A stretch of 64,000 nt of DNA from Octopus sinensis (lineage: Eukaryota): assembly GCF_006345805.1 (NCBI RefSeq), contig NC_043020.1:15500001-15564000 (forward strand). The letters are read 5' to 3'. Made by a program: the position numbers and the translations under genes. Numbering within the stretch: the first letter of the stretch is position 1; each line of letters opens with the position of its first letter. The notes below the pieces were generated by a model. It saw only the letters and a program-made list of their open reading frames with translations, searched no databases and was not told the DNA's origin. Of this stretch, positions 11,581-26,045 are shown in pieces.

Positions 11581-12163
11581 TATTTTTCTCTTTTCAAGGA
11601 AAATATTTCTCCCAGCGTTTGCTATTTTACCCTTGTTCTGGACTAACACTCCACCATTTTTGTTTTCGTTCTGTTTCCTCGCATGTCTCCACTGTCCTGT
11701 TTTTGTTACCAGCTTTGCCCCTCCATAAATCCAAAATTTAATTTTGGCATTTATGTGAACAACTCTCTTTGAAGACTCATATTGTCGTTGAATGCTCAAA
11801 ATGAAGAGTAAATAGACAGCCGACAACTGATGAAAGGTCGTTCTCTGTGTTTACTTGTCTTGTTTTCCATTTTCTCTCTCGTTGTTTGCGTATTTAACTC
11901 GTTTGTTTTCGTTCTTCATGTTGTTTACACAGTTGGTGACGTCCTGTACCCATATATACATATATGTATTATATTATTATTTAATTGAACGCCACACATC
12001 CATTTCCAACTATATGTATATAGTTTTAAATCTCTGAGCAAGAATATGCAGTAACAGTACTGTACAGTAAAGGCCCTCCCCCCTCTCTCTCCCTATATAT
12101 ATATATATAATATATATATATATATAAATAATATATATATATAAAGGATACATACATACATAC

Positions 12164-12199
<36 letters not shown>

Positions 12200-12709
12200 G
12201 TAAAAAGTGAAAAAACTACAGAAGGTTAAAAAATATATATTTGAGTCAATATGTCTGAAGAATATTAAAATTTTTTTCTTACAATGACATAATTTAGAAG
12301 AAAGACCGGTTTCGCGTTTAGCTTTTCAAATTTCTTACGTCGTATATATATAGTTCAAATGCACAGAACAAATGTACAGAAAACAAAAGACGAAGACATG
12401 TGGGGGAACAAGGAGCATATTTGTTTGATGTTCGGAAGAACGTTTTTTAACAGAAACAAATGAAAGGGGGGAAAAGATAAGGTGATGGGCTGGCAGAATC
12501 GTTAGTATGTCAGGCAAAATGCTTAGTGGTATTTCGTCCGCCTTTACGTCCTGAGTTCAAATTCTGCTGAGGTCGACTTTACTTTTCATCCTTTCGGAGT
12601 CGATAGAATAAGTATCGGTCGATTGAGCCCTGAAGCCGCAAAACTGGCTAGCCTTGTGACCAAATTTGAAACCCGTGTGTGTATGGATAAAACTGAGAAA
12701 AGTCGAAAA

Positions 12710-12787
<78 letters not shown>

Positions 12788-12854
12788 ATTAGAGTGGATT
12801 TATTCCCTAATATTATTATTTTATTATTATTATTATTATTATATATATATATAA

Positions 12855-13165
12855 TGGTTAGAGCGTCGAGCTTACGATCGTGAGGTTGTGAGCTCGAATC
12901 CCGAACCGAGGTGCGTGTTGTGTTCTTTATTTCACGTTGCTCCAGTTCACTCAGCTGTAGAAATGAGTTGCGACGTCACAGGTGCCATGATGTATCGGCC
13001 CTTGCCTTTCCCTTGGACAACATCGGTGACGTGGAGAGGGGAGGCCGGTATGCATGGGCGACTGCTGGTCTTCCATAAAACAACCTTGCCCAGACTTGTG
13101 CCTCAGAGGGTAACTCTCTAGGTGCAAACCCATGGTCAGTGTCTGACCGAAGGGGGGGGGGGTCA
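12855..13165 (+). mobile_element. tRNA-derived SINE, single copy of a different family
   Basis: TGGTTAGAGCG...GAGCTCGAATCCCG head followed by a unique body. Confidence 0.55.
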
Positions 13166-13205
<40 letters not shown>

Positions 13206-14492
13206 ATGTACAGGGTGTTCGTAAATTATCCTTACAACTCCCACATTATTTACAACTTCCAATTTATCGTATCTATGCTCAGCACCCCCAGTTAGAATCT
13301 CAGCCCCACCTCCTTCCGCAGTACGAGAATTTTGAAATAAAAATACAAACAATATTTGAAGTCGCTAAAGATGCAATAAATTGAATTTCTTTTGATTTAG
13401 TAGTTAGTGAAAACGTGAGTAAATTGTTGTTGCTGTTTGTTGAACGAAGCGGTCTTCGTCCCTAGTGGGAGAAGTCCGAAACGTGGTCCTTTGCTATTCA
13501 TAAGACCCGCAGAACGTGGTCCTTTGCTATTCATAAGACCCGCAGAAGAGAAAGCAGGTTAACCCCCGACACCGAGAGCATCGACGGATGGATGAATGCG
13601 CATCAAGGCTCAGCGGTTGCGTAGGAAGTCGGGGACAAGAAACAGGAAGAAAGAGTAAGAGAAAGCTGGAGAGAAAGCGTAAAACAGGGGTCGCCAACAC
13701 CCCCTGCCAGAGCCTTGTGGAACTTTAGGTATTTTCGCTCAATAAATACACACAACGCCCGGTCTGGGAATCGAAACCGCGAGTCCGCTGCCCTAACCAC
13801 TGGGCCATTGCGCCTCCTGCTGTAGCTGTAATTGTTGTCGCAGAAATGGCTGCTGACCCGGCCATGAACTGTGGGCTGAATTAAGGAGTGGGTGATGCTG
13901 GGTCAGTTGTTGTTGTGGTGGTGGTGATCGTGGTGGCGACGGCAGCGGTGGTGCTGGTGATTGTCGTTGTTACTGTTGAAAAGTATGTGAAGAATTGTTG
14001 CTGTAGTTAGAGATTCATGGTAGTAAAGGCATCACTACACACGTATATATACAAATAGAGACGAACATTAAACGTTTTAAACTAAGATCATAAAGGGACA
14101 TAATTCATGAAAGCATGAATTTACGATTTATATTGTAAGGGAAGTAACTAGTTGAAACTTGCACATCACGATTACGTCCCTTGGTAATTGCCGTTAACAT
14201 ACCTCTGCAGTACCTGTGGAAACTCCAGGATTAATTAAAAACTGTAAAATGGTTAGAAGTGTAGTAAGAACCATAGAATATATAATTCCATTAAAAAGTG
14301 TATTTTTAAAAACATTTTATTCTTAAAATAGTGTAAAAATTCACTTAAAACAGTATTGAATAGGCAGTCTTAGAAGAGAACGTTCTCCGAAAGCTATAGT
14401 CCTTCTTAGACATATATTTATCTTATTCAAAAAGTAATATTGGTTTCACATTTTGGTTCAAGGCCAGTAATTCCGGGGAGGAAATAAATCGA

Positions 14493-14915
14493 GGATCTTT
14501 TCGGTTTGAACGGCAGTTTTTTCTAGCGGTGCCATATGAAATTGTCACCCGTAACTATGACCCTACTATCGATCTATTGCATTTCAATCTGTTTTAGGGT
14601 TAGGGTTAGGGGTGGGGGGAAGGGTATCTTTTTTTCTTCAGAAATGTAAATAAACCCAATCTGTTTCTTAAACGAGGGACATATTCATACGGCACAGAAT
14701 GTTTTTTTTTTTTACCTCAATAGACGTCAGTGATTGGTTGAAATTGCAGAAATTGAAGAAGAAAAACAACAGATATCTTACAAACTATAGAATTTTCTCA
14801 ATAAAGCCAAGAGAAAAAGATGCTTTATAAACACATTCTACCAGTATACGAAGTTTAAAATCTTTTACTTACCTAGAAATTATGTTAAAAACTGCCGTTC
14901 AAACCGAAAAGATCC
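14493..14915. mobile_element. MITE, family GGATCTTTTCGG, 9-bp TSD
   Basis: TIRs; TSD ATAAATCGA; inserted in a SINE; internal (TTAGGG)3. Confidence 0.9.
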
Positions 14916-16235
14916 ATAAATCGATTACATCGACATCACTGCTCGACTGATACTCATTTTATCGACCTCGAAAGAAGGAAAGGCAAAGTCGACCTCGACA
15001 GAAATTGAATTTGGAGCGTAAAGACCCCGCCCGGCTTGCTCACTGCCTAATTAAAGAATTAATATTCTTTTCTACTCAATGCACAAGGCCCGAAATTTGG
15101 TAGGAGGGGGCCAGTCGATTACCTAAATTATCAACCGCGAAAGGATGAAAGGCAAAGTCAACCTTGGTGGAATTTGAACTCAGAACGTAGCGGCAGACGA
15201 AATACCTATTTCTTTACTACCCACAAGGGGCTAAACACAGAGGGGACAAACAAGGACAGACAAACGGATTAAGTTGATTAGATCGATCCCAGTATGCAAC
15301 TGGTACTTAATTTATCGACCCTGAAAGGATGAAAGGCAAAGTCAACTTTGGCGGAATTTGAACTCACAACGTAAGGGCAGACGAAATACGGCTACGCATT
15401 TCGCCTGGCATGCTAATGTTTCTGCCAGCTCGCCGCTTTTTCAAGAATTAATATTAATTATGGGCTGAAATCGATGACATAATCTAGTTATATTGTTATT
15501 CTTCTACTGTGCGATTGTGTAGGTAAATCTTTAACAAATATACGGTTGTTATATCAAGGTAGCAAGCTGACAAAATCGTTACTGCGTCAGGGTTAGGGTT
15601 AGCAGCATTTCTTCTGACTTTACTTTGAGTTCAAATACCGCTAGGATCGAATTTTGCCTTTCTTCCTTTCGGGGTTGATATAACAAGTATCAGTTCAGCA
15701 CTGGGATCAATCTCATCGACTTACTCAAACTTCAAAATAATTGCCTAAGTCCTTGGAGGTGGGGCCCCAGCAGATTCATGATCCAACAAAGAGTGAAAGG
15801 CTAAATAAATAGCATACTTAAATTCATATATTTACATTATTATAATTGCAACAAAGGTGGCGAGCTGGCAGAAACATTAGCATGCCAGGCAAAATACGTA
15901 GCCGTATTTCGTCTGCTGTTACGTTCTGAGTTCAAATTCTGCCGAGGTCGACTTTGCCTTACATCCTTCCAGGATTGATTAAATTAAGTACCAGTTACGC
16001 ACTGGGGTTGATATAATCGATATATCCAGGAGTCATGACTTGGATGTAGCCTTACCCCCTCAGAGTATCAAGAGTTAAGGGCTGAAAAACTTGAATGAAG
16101 AGCGGCTTCTCTGAAGACCTTCAGTTGTTTAGCTTCTGCTACAGTTTCTTATTACTACTGAAGAAATTTTTCAAGGTCAGATTTAAAAAAAATTTTGAAA
16201 AAAAAAAAAAAACACAGAATGGATTTTAATTTTCT

Positions 16236-16241
16236 TTTATT
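16236..16241 (-). promoter_or_regulatory. Possible polyadenylation signal of CPOX
   Basis: AATAAA on the - strand about 55 nt after the stop. Confidence 0.45.
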
Positions 16242-16295
16242 ATATATAAATACATTCTATTGTAACGAGTATAAATTTAGGATATAAAGTGGAAT

Positions 16296-16382
16296 TTAAG
16301 CCCAATTCTTGGGTTCTTTAAGAACAGAGGTGATTTCTTCTTCCTTTGAACCAGGTTCTGGATTATGACAATATAGCCATTT
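16296..16382 (-). CDS. CPOX: Coproporphyrinogen III oxidase, terminal exon (KWLYCHNPEPGSKEEEITSVLKEPKNWA*)
   Basis: Matches the CPOX C-terminus (W.Y.H.P..S.E......P..W); tttcAG acceptor; TAA. Confidence 0.93.
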   Translation of the reverse strand, partial: KWLYCHNPEPGSKEEEITSVLKEPKNWA

Positions 16383-18772
16383 CTGAAACAGTGGAACAAG
16401 ATAAGCAATATGTAAAAAAAACAGGCAAAAGAGCAAAAGTGTTAGAACGGGTACTGAATTCAAGTCTTCATATTTTGATATTAACCCAGTTCTTAGAATA
16501 TTTCTGTTGATATATGCTGCCCTTCTTTAAGTTAATTAGAAAAATGATGAATAGTTTAGTAAGATAACTTTGTCATTAAGCTGATATTTGGGACATAAAT
16601 TAACATGAAATTTTAATGAGAGATTTTAGTTTAGATCACTTTAACACAAAGAATTTATCTCAAAGAGCTCAGAGCAGTTTTGGGCAGTTTGGTATCAAAA
16701 AGGTTAATAAAAAAAATATGACAAAGAAGGAGCCTCAACTTGGTCACTCAATTTGCTAGAAATAGCAGCCAATTCTCTTTTACATCACTCCCAGCTGTAT
16801 CAAAAAAGAGTCATCATCATCATCATCATCATCATTTAACGTCCATTTTCCATGCTAGCATGAGTTGGACGGTTCGACCGGGGTCTGGTAAGCCATGGAG
16901 GCTGCACCAGGCTCCAGTCTGATTTGGCAGTGTTTCTACAGCTGGATGCCCTTCCTAACGCCAACCACTCAGTGAGTGTAGTGGGTGTTTTTTACGTGCC
17001 ACCGGCACGGGAGCCAGAGCAGGCTGGTAAACGGCCACGATCAGTTGGTCAATGTATAATATTCGTATGAGAGGTTCTCTCATGTCCATATGAGAGAACC
17101 TCTCATAAGGACTTTTGGTGCATATAAGCAGTTTTGTTTATATTGCTAGTGGGAGATAAGTCAACCACCATTTCTGTTACTGGGACAACCAGATTTCACA
17201 CAATTTCAACCATAGTAACTACTGCAGTATTCTATGTTCTAACACAGCATTCACTTTTAAGTGGAAATAAAAATTACCCTTTGGGTATTAATACTGCTTC
17301 TGTCACTTCAATTATTTTTTAATTAGCCCACTGGCTAGTTGTGACACCAATGCCTGAAAGGGCACTGAGATTCTGTGTATATTTCACAGACATATGTACA
17401 TTTAACATAATCCTCAGGCAGAATTAGCTGTATCTTTTCAATTACAGGTACACTCCACTTGGTGGGCTTCTAGTTCATTTCAGTCTTCCTAATTTCACTG
17501 GGAAGGTAGGGGTCAACCTGAGGTTGTAAAAATAGACATTTGCTTATGGTGCTGCACACTGGGACCGAACCCACAACTTCCCGGTTGTGAAGCGATCTTC
17601 ATAACTATTGAATGTATGGTGTGGTATGGTGTGGTGTATTGTAGTATGTAAACTAAAAAAACCTGCAATGAGAAAATATGGAAGTACTCTCTCTTGTTCT
17701 CCCTCTTTCTCTCTCTCCCCCCAATTGAGATAACCCTGTCTCTCCTCTACAGTAAAGCACCTGTTTCTGTCTTTCTATGATATTTCAACCTCTCCTCCCC
17801 TGGCACAAAACCACCTCCTTCAATACTACTTCACTTCTCAGTTGAGAGATCTTGGTTTTGCAAGTTTGCTTGGTGATCTCACTGGTGCTGATGCCATGTA
17901 AAAAAAAAAGCAACTGGTACACTCTGTAAAGTGGTTGGCGTTAAGGGCATTCAGCTGTAAAACTAGACCATGCCAAAGCAGACGGTAGAGTTTGGTACAG
18001 TGCTCTGGCTCACCAGCTCCCGTCAAACCTATTTCTTTACGACCCATAAGGGGCTAAACATAGAGGGGACAAACAAGGACAAACAAACAGATTAAGTCGA
18101 TTACATCGACCCCAGTGCATAACTGGTACTTAATTTATCAACCCCGAAAGGATGAAAGGCAAAGTCGACCTTGGCGGAATTTGAACTCACAACGTAACGA
18201 CAGATGAAATACGGCTACGCATTTTGCCTGGCGTGCTAACGTTTCTGCCAGCTCCTGTCAAACCATCCAACCCATGCCAACATGGATGATAGATACTGAC
18301 ACATCAACCACTATGTCCTGTGACTGGCTGCTTTGCAAAGCTAAGCAATGAACCATTGGTGGTACATGTGGCAGTTAGCATATTAAATGTTGATGATGAC
18401 GATGATGCTGATGTTGTTGCTGCTGCTGCTTGTTTGTTTGTTTGTTTATTGAGTGAAGCGGTCTTCGTCCCAGTGGGAGAAATCCAAAGCGTGGTCCTTT
18501 GCTATTTGTAAGACCCGCACAGGAGAAAGCAGGTCAACCCCCGACACCGAGAGCATCGACGGATGGATGAATGCGCATCCAGGCTCAGCAGTTGCATAGG
18601 AAGTCGGGGACAAGAAACAGGAAGAAAGAGTGAGAGAAAGTTGGAGCGAAAGAGTACAAAAGGGGTCGCCAGAGCCTCGTGGAGCTTTTAGGTGTTTTCG
18701 CTCAATAAACACACACAATGCCTGGTCTGGGAATTGAAACCGCGATCCTCCGACCGTGAGTCCGCTGCCCTA

Positions 18773-19258
<486 letters not shown>

Positions 19259-19475
19259 TCACCTTTATTTTAGTAGATGTAGAGAGTTGCCACATCTCAC
19301 TGGTGATGTCAGCTGTATGTCTTGGGACTAAAAAAACCAGTATTGCTTCTACTCTAAGCTATATTTAGAAGAATGGTTGGCAATTTTTGGACATTGTTTA
19401 TGTGAATGTGGTACAACAGAATCCAAAGGCCTCAGGGTTCAGCAACGTGATGGGTGCTATAATCTGAATCTCAAT

Positions 19476-19527
<52 letters not shown>

Positions 19528-19627
19528 NNNNNNNNNNNNNNNNNNNNNNNNNNNNNNNNNNNNNNNNNNNNNNNNNNNNNNNNNNNNNNNNNNNNNNNNN
19601 NNNNNNNNNNNNNNNNNNNNNNNNNNN
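19528..19627. other. Assembly gap (100 N) in a CPOX intron
   Basis: N run next to a (TA)n tract. Confidence 0.99.
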
Positions 19628-20642
19628 TTGCCAGATTTAAATCCCATGGAATACTATGTACAGGAGAATCATCAACATTCTCACAAAAACATAACATCAC
19701 AATGGATGCAGAGTTGCAATTGTTACTCAAATAACTAAAGGTATATTTCTTATTTCCAATATCATTTCATTTTTTATTGTTAATTGCAGCTATATTATCA
19801 GCTAGAATTGGTATGATAGAATATACAGATTTCACAGTAAATATATTAAAGATTTTATATCAATTAGAGTGGAAAAATGCTTCTCCAATACCCTAAAGAA
19901 AATCCTTGGATTAGTTATGCTAGAAGAATTACAAAAGTGGGGTTGAACCATGTCATATTTCTCCTCTTTTACTCTTTTACTTGTTTCACTCATTTGACTG
20001 TGGCCATGCTGGAGCACTGCCTTTAGTCGAGCAACTCGACCCCAGGACTTATTCTTTGTAAGCCCAGTACTTATTCTATCGGTCTCTTTTGCTGAACCGC
20101 TAAGTAACGGGGACATAAACACACCAGCATCGGTTGTCAAGCAATGCTAGGGGGACAAAAACACAGACACACAAAACAAACCACATATATATATATATAT
20201 ACATATATAACGACGGGCTTCTTTCAGTTTCCGTTCTACCAAATCCACTCACAAGGCTTTGGTTGGCCCGAGGCTCTAGTAGAAGACACTTGCCAAGGTG
20301 CCACGCAGTGGGACTGAACCCGGAACCATGTGGTTGGTAAACAAGCTACTTACCACACAGCCACTCCTATTTCTAACTATTTTTTTGTTACTGAGTGTCA
20401 TTGTAAAATACTCATTCTCCTTTGGTAATAGGAAATGTGATGATTATCAAGCAAGTAGAACTTGTCATGTATTTTTATATTTCTGCTTTTGCTAGCTTGA
20501 GGACTATTTATTAGTAAGTCATCAAGATGAGAACTTCCAAAGGAAGTTTTACAGCTTAGCCCCTTCTGTGCCAGAAGGACACTAAAATAAAAATATAAAA
20601 TGAAAACAGATCAGCTGAAATTGTGTTAAAAAAAGAACTTAC

Positions 20643-20722
20643 CGTTCCATATATGAATATGATCTCTTGTAGTTTCGTTTGACAATTGGTTCATAAGAAG
20701 GCACAACAGCTTCAGCACAACT
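20643..20722 (-). CDS. CPOX: CPOX exon (SCAEAVVPSYEPIVKRNYKRSYSYMER)
   Basis: SCA.AVVPSY.P.VK motif; tattacAG acceptor, GTAAGT donor; phase 0 to 2 fits neighbours. Confidence 0.95.
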
Positions 20723-21691
20723 CTGTAATAAAAAAAAAACCCAAGGAATTTAGGAGGTTAACATTCTAAAGAGGGCACTGTATTGTTTCTGAGATGAATG
20801 GTTTAACCCTTTAGCGTTAACATATTCTAATGGTTTTATGTTCAAACAGGACAAATCTGGTCTCTCACTCCTTACCCTAGAATGTCATTCTACAAATAAG
20901 CAATCACATCATCAAAATCTTGAAGTTACAAGATAATGCATGATTAATTCAAATGGATGAGAATAATAAAGCATTATATTTAACGGTAAAAAAACGGCGG
21001 CGACAAAGACGATGACGACGGCTGCCGCCGCCGCCTGGTTTTCTATGGCTGGATGCCCTAGAAAAATATCAGTGAACAATAATAATATCTTACCACAAAT
21101 GGGTCAGAATAAGTAAATGCTGGTCAACCTGGTACCGGTTTCGAAAATTAGCGCCAAATTGGCACCTGGCAGACTTTGGCTGATGAAAAATCAGGCGCCT
21201 ATTTGGCGCTAAATTTCGAAACCAGTACCAGGTTGACCGGCATTTACTTGTTCTGACCCATTTGAGGTAAGATATTATTATTGTTCACTGATATTTTTTC
21301 CTATCTTGTCTGTAATGGATTTGTGAATATTCGGTGGTACATAAGTATCTTTTGACTTCTATCTTTAGCGATATAGGTACTCATGTAGTACCCTTGTGTA
21401 TATATGTACATATCTAATATTGTATGTATATATTTTATATATATATATATATATATAGATATAAAATATATACATACAATATTAGATATATATTATATAT
21501 ATATATATGATGAAAAATAATGACGCAGGACTCTGTGGTTTGTAAGCAAGCTACATACCACACAGCCACTCCTACGCCTATGTAAACAACTTATCCAACT
21601 CCCCTGAAATTACTGGCCTTGTGTCAAAATTTGAAACCAATATAATGCAGAAGTCTTCTGATAGATAAATTAGAAAGACAGCCATGGTTAC

Positions 21692-21771
21692 CTTAACAAA
21701 ACTAAAGATCTCATCTGGGCTCCTGTCATTTAAATCGTCAAAGAATATTCCTCCAACACCTCGGCATTCAC
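21692..21771 (-). CDS. CPOX: CPOX exon ([27 protein letters not shown])
   Basis: [10 protein letters not shown] signature; ccatAG acceptor, GTAACC donor. Confidence 0.97.
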
Positions 21772-22156
21772 CTATGGAAAAGAAAATAACAAAATAAAAT
21801 TTCATATCACATCATATTTATTTTATTTTATTAAGGCATAGACATGGCAATGTAGTATGAAGTTTGATTCTCAACCACATAGTTCTGGGTTCAGTCCCAC
21901 TGCATGGCACCTGGGACAAGTATCTTTCGCTACAGCCCTGAGCCAACTGAAATCTTGTGAGTGGATTTGGTACATGGAAACTGAAGGCGCAGGAGTGGCT
22001 GTGTGGTAAGTAGCTTGTTTACCAACCACATGGTTCTGGGTTCAGTCCCACTGCGTGGCACCTTGGGCAAGTGTCTTCTACTATAGCCTTGGGCCAACCA
22101 AAGCCTTGTGAGTGGATTTGGTAGATGGAAACTGAAAGAAGCCCGTCGTATATATG

Positions 22157-22199
<43 letters not shown>

Positions 22200-22202
<3 letters not shown>

Positions 22203-23880
22203 TACCGTCAGAAATTAATTAGCACCCTTGATTTGCTCTTCACTCAAGGTATTTGCTGTCACCTAGTGGCAATATCTCGAACTATTGCTTTATTGTGAGT
22301 TCACTGTTGCGCAGAACGATGACGTAACTTTGTTTGCAGAGCAGTTTGAGAGTCTACAGCCTATGATGTTGACATAGCAGTGCAACAACAACTTGGAGTG
22401 CGGATGCAGACAAATCTTCCTTTGTTTAATAGATATAGGTAGCGCCTCGCAAGGACCGAAATCACACCGTACTAAGTTTTCTCATCGCGTAAGACGTTTT
22501 AACAGCTCGTAGGTGTTAATTGATTTGTGTATTTGCAAGATTTTTTTTCCTCACAAATTTCTCCTACACTCTGCTTGATGATGTCACTTCCGGTTCACAA
22601 AACTTTCTGTTATACATCAAATAAGGTGAGAAATTCTGCTTTCTTTCTTTTTGTTTAATGAATAATAACTCATAGCAGTTTTGTTATAGCATAACATTAT
22701 TCAAATGAATAATTTTAATGAAAATAACTGGTTTTTATCGTTCATTCCTAGATGGGCCCAAGACCTCGCATGATCTTGGAGAGACGGTACGAGGCTCTCT
22801 CGTGGCGTGGGAAGCTGTCGGAGGCTGCAATAGCCAGAAAACTTGGTGTAGCCAGGCGCACAATTCAGTGCTTATTAAGAAATACGAGGAAACCGGATCA
22901 GCAGCTGACAAAAAGGGTAGGGGACGGAAGAGGCTGACGACCCAGCGGGAGGACCGGATGCTGATCCGAAAGTTACTGTACAACCGAGGGCAACGAGCCA
23001 GCAACTGGCGGAGGAGATGCAAAAGATGACAGGGAAGCAGTTGTCTACAACTACCGTCAAGACCAGTTACTGGAAGCTGGTCTAAAATCCTGTAGGGGCC
23101 GCCCATAAACCATCCTTACAGCACCAAGGACATGGACTGTGCAGCAGTAGTGGACAGTGATGTTCACTGACGAGTCGCAATTCAGTCTCATCAGTGACAA
23201 GCCTGTCCATGTGCGACACCGCAGGGCTGAGCGCTTCAACAAAGACTGCATTGCTCCCACCATGAAGCATGGTGGGGGTGGTCTGATGGTGTGAGGGGCG
23301 TTCAGCTACAGTGGTGTTGGGCGGCTCTATGCCGTCGAAGGCAACATCAACGCAGCAAAGTACGTTGAGATAGTACGGGATACCTCTTTGGTGGCGAGGA
23401 GTACGTGCTCCAGCAGGACAACGTGCCTTCCCACACAGCCAAGCTTACAACCAGTTTCGTCAAGGACCATGGGGTGACGGTCATGGACTGGCCTGGCCAG
23501 TCACCTGACCTGAACCCTATTGAGAACCTCTGGAGTCGATTGGGTAGGGATTTGAATGTGCAGCAATACAGGAACCAACACAAGCTGTTTGGGGCACTTC
23601 TTGCTGCATGGAGGGCCATCCCTGCACAGTACCTGCAGGCACTCATAGACAGCATGCCGACCCGCGTAGCAGCAGCTGTCATTGCTGCCAAAGGGGAGCA
23701 AGGAGGAGCAACAAGATATTGACTAAATTTCACGATTAATAACAATTATGTGGTGTGCTGGGATATGTTTTAATAAATTTTGATTAATAAACGTGTTCGT
23801 TTCTGATAATAAGTTAATAAATAAGAAAATGTAAGAAAATGTAGAAATTTGAGAATGCTAATTAATTTCCGAAAGCCGAT
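22200..23880 (+). mobile_element. Tc1-family (DD34E) DNA transposon, near full length, inactivated
   Basis: TA then CACTACCGTCAGAAATTAATTAGCA TIR; transposase 22752-23722 with VMFTDES, LQQDNVPSH, WPGQSPDLNPIENLW; frameshifts and a TGA at about 23293. Confidence 0.93.
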
Positions 23881-24561
23881 AATGTAGGTGTATGTGTGTG
23901 TGTGTGTGTTTGTCCCCCTAGCATTGCTTGACAACCGATGCTGGTGTGTTTACGTCCCCGTAACTTAGCGGATCGGCAAAAGAAACCGATAGAATAAGTA
24001 CTGGGCTTACAAAGAATAAGTCCCGGGGTCGAGTTGCTCGATTAAAGGCTGTGCTCCAGCATGGCCGCAGTCAAATGACTGAAACAAGTAAAAGAGTAAA
24101 AGAGTAAAGAGTATGTTGTGTGTGTGTGTGTGTGTGTATTTTTATATGTTTCAGTCATTTTAACTGTGGCCATGCTGGGGCACTGCTTTGAAGTGTTTTA
24201 GTCAAACAAATCAAACCTAGCACTTATTTCTTAAGCCTACTACTTATTCTATTAGTTTCTTTTGCTGAAGTGCTAAGTTATGGGGATGTAAACACACCAA
24301 TACAGGTTGTCAAGCAGTGACGGGGACACACACACACACACAAACACAGGCACAAATCCAAAGCCAACAGTGATATATAAACTGATGGGTGCAGGAGTGG
24401 CTATGTGGTAAGTAGATTGCTTACCAACCATATGGTTCCAGGTTCAGTCCCATTGCGTGACACCTTGGGCAAGTGTTTATAACTAAAGCCTCAGGCCGAC
24501 CGAAGCCTTGTGAGTGGATTTGGTAGACAGAAAACTGAAAGAAGCATATGTGTGTGTGTGT

Positions 24562-24639
<78 letters not shown>

Positions 24640-24877
24640 CATTTGTGTGTCTGTGTTTGTTCCCCTGAGATCGATTGACAACTGATGCTGGTGTGTTTAT
24701 GTCCCTGTAACTTAGCAGTTCAGCAAAAGTGACCGAGAAAATAAATACTAGGCTTACAAAGAACAAGTCCTGGGGTCGATTTGCTCGACTAAAAGCAGTG
24801 CTCCAGCATGGCTGCAGCAGTCAAATGACTGAAACCAATAAAAGAATGACGGAAAAAGAGAAGAGTTTTGTTCTTAC

Positions 24878-24989
24878 CTCTGTGTGGAAGGAAGAAGTAA
24901 TTATCACACCATTTCTTGAAGGTGGGGTAGTACGACTCACTGTGCTCGTCGCATGCAGCTTTTAAGGTCTTGTGAAAGTGGGAAACATC
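24878..24989 (-). CDS. CPOX: CPOX exon (DVSHFHKTLKAACDEHSESYYPTFKKWCDNYFFLPHR)
   Basis: HFH.TLK.ACD and FKKWCD.YFF..HR motifs; cccAG acceptor, GTAAGA donor. Confidence 0.97.
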
Positions 24990-25672
24990 CTGGGATGAGT
25001 TAAACAGAAAAGAGAATTGGTGAAATAAACCAGGAAGATAAAGGAATAAGGACTTACTTCAGGAAATACAATGTAGAAGTGCTGGACAACAGACATAGTC
25101 ATGGAATGTTAAATGATGATGATGATGGTGATGATGATGATGACACATGCATCACAACCATATGTGCGCGACATGGTGATCTCATATCAAGATTAACAGC
25201 ACATTACCTTGCAGGTGGGGCCCAGATAGAATTTTCTTCTGGTCGAGTAGCCCATCCTGCTCAGAAGGTCCCTGAATAAGGGCAGTTTAAGGATTTTGAA
25301 CAAAACACCCATGTTTCTAGAGTTGAATTATTAAAACCTCATATGGTTATGATGCTCTCCCACTACTTCTGCTCATGATCAGAGTCGCACATATCGTCAG
25401 CCCCTAAGGGACATGCTCAGCTGGTTAAGGTCAAACAACTGAGAAGCAAATCTGTGGTATTGAGCAGAATATTTGCTGTAGCCCATCTTTTATACCAAGA
25501 CAAAACAATGTACATGATAACATTTTCAATGAGTTAAGATCAGAAGCCATGAGAGCTAGTACCTGGTGGTGATGACGATGGTGGTGGTGATGATGATGAT
25601 GATGATGATGATACATATGTATTATATGCACATAGTTTAAAGTTGTAATTGACCAATATGATTTCCACTTAC

Positions 25673-25798
25673 TTTCTTTTCCAGATACATAGGGGTGAGG
25701 TCAGTGCCTCCCCCAAACCACCAGTTGACTTTACCGTCCTCAGAAACAGTTTCAAAGTACCGGTAATTAAAGTGTATTGTAGGCACATGGGGATTGAC
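25673..25798 (-). CDS. CPOX: CPOX exon ([42 protein letters not shown])
   Basis: [14 protein letters not shown] and WWFGGG.DLTP signatures; gtAG acceptor, GTAAGT donor. Confidence 0.98.
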
Positions 25799-25980
25799 CT
25801 ACAAGCAAGAAATAGAATGTGTACGTGTGTGTGTATGTGTGTGTATATATATATATATATACCGGAGTAAACACATAAATGTGAAACAAGGTGGAAAAAA
25901 GAGTACTCAAATACCAGTGGTAGAGTAATAAATAAAGCTTAAAATTAAGTATACATATATATATATATTATATATATATA

Positions 25981-26045
<65 letters not shown>

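Noticed and set aside
14594-14611. TTAGGG repeats as a sign of a telomere or fusion site
   Set aside because: Only three units, and internal to a multi-copy MITE
21760-21771. CPOX GECRG versus human GERRG
   Set aside because: This position varies among orthologues; the following RG.GG is intact
25649-25870. + strand ORF containing [10 protein letters not shown], resembling CPOX YFFIAHRGE
   Set aside because: Coincidental antisense reading; the true CPOX exon is on the - strand at 25673-25798
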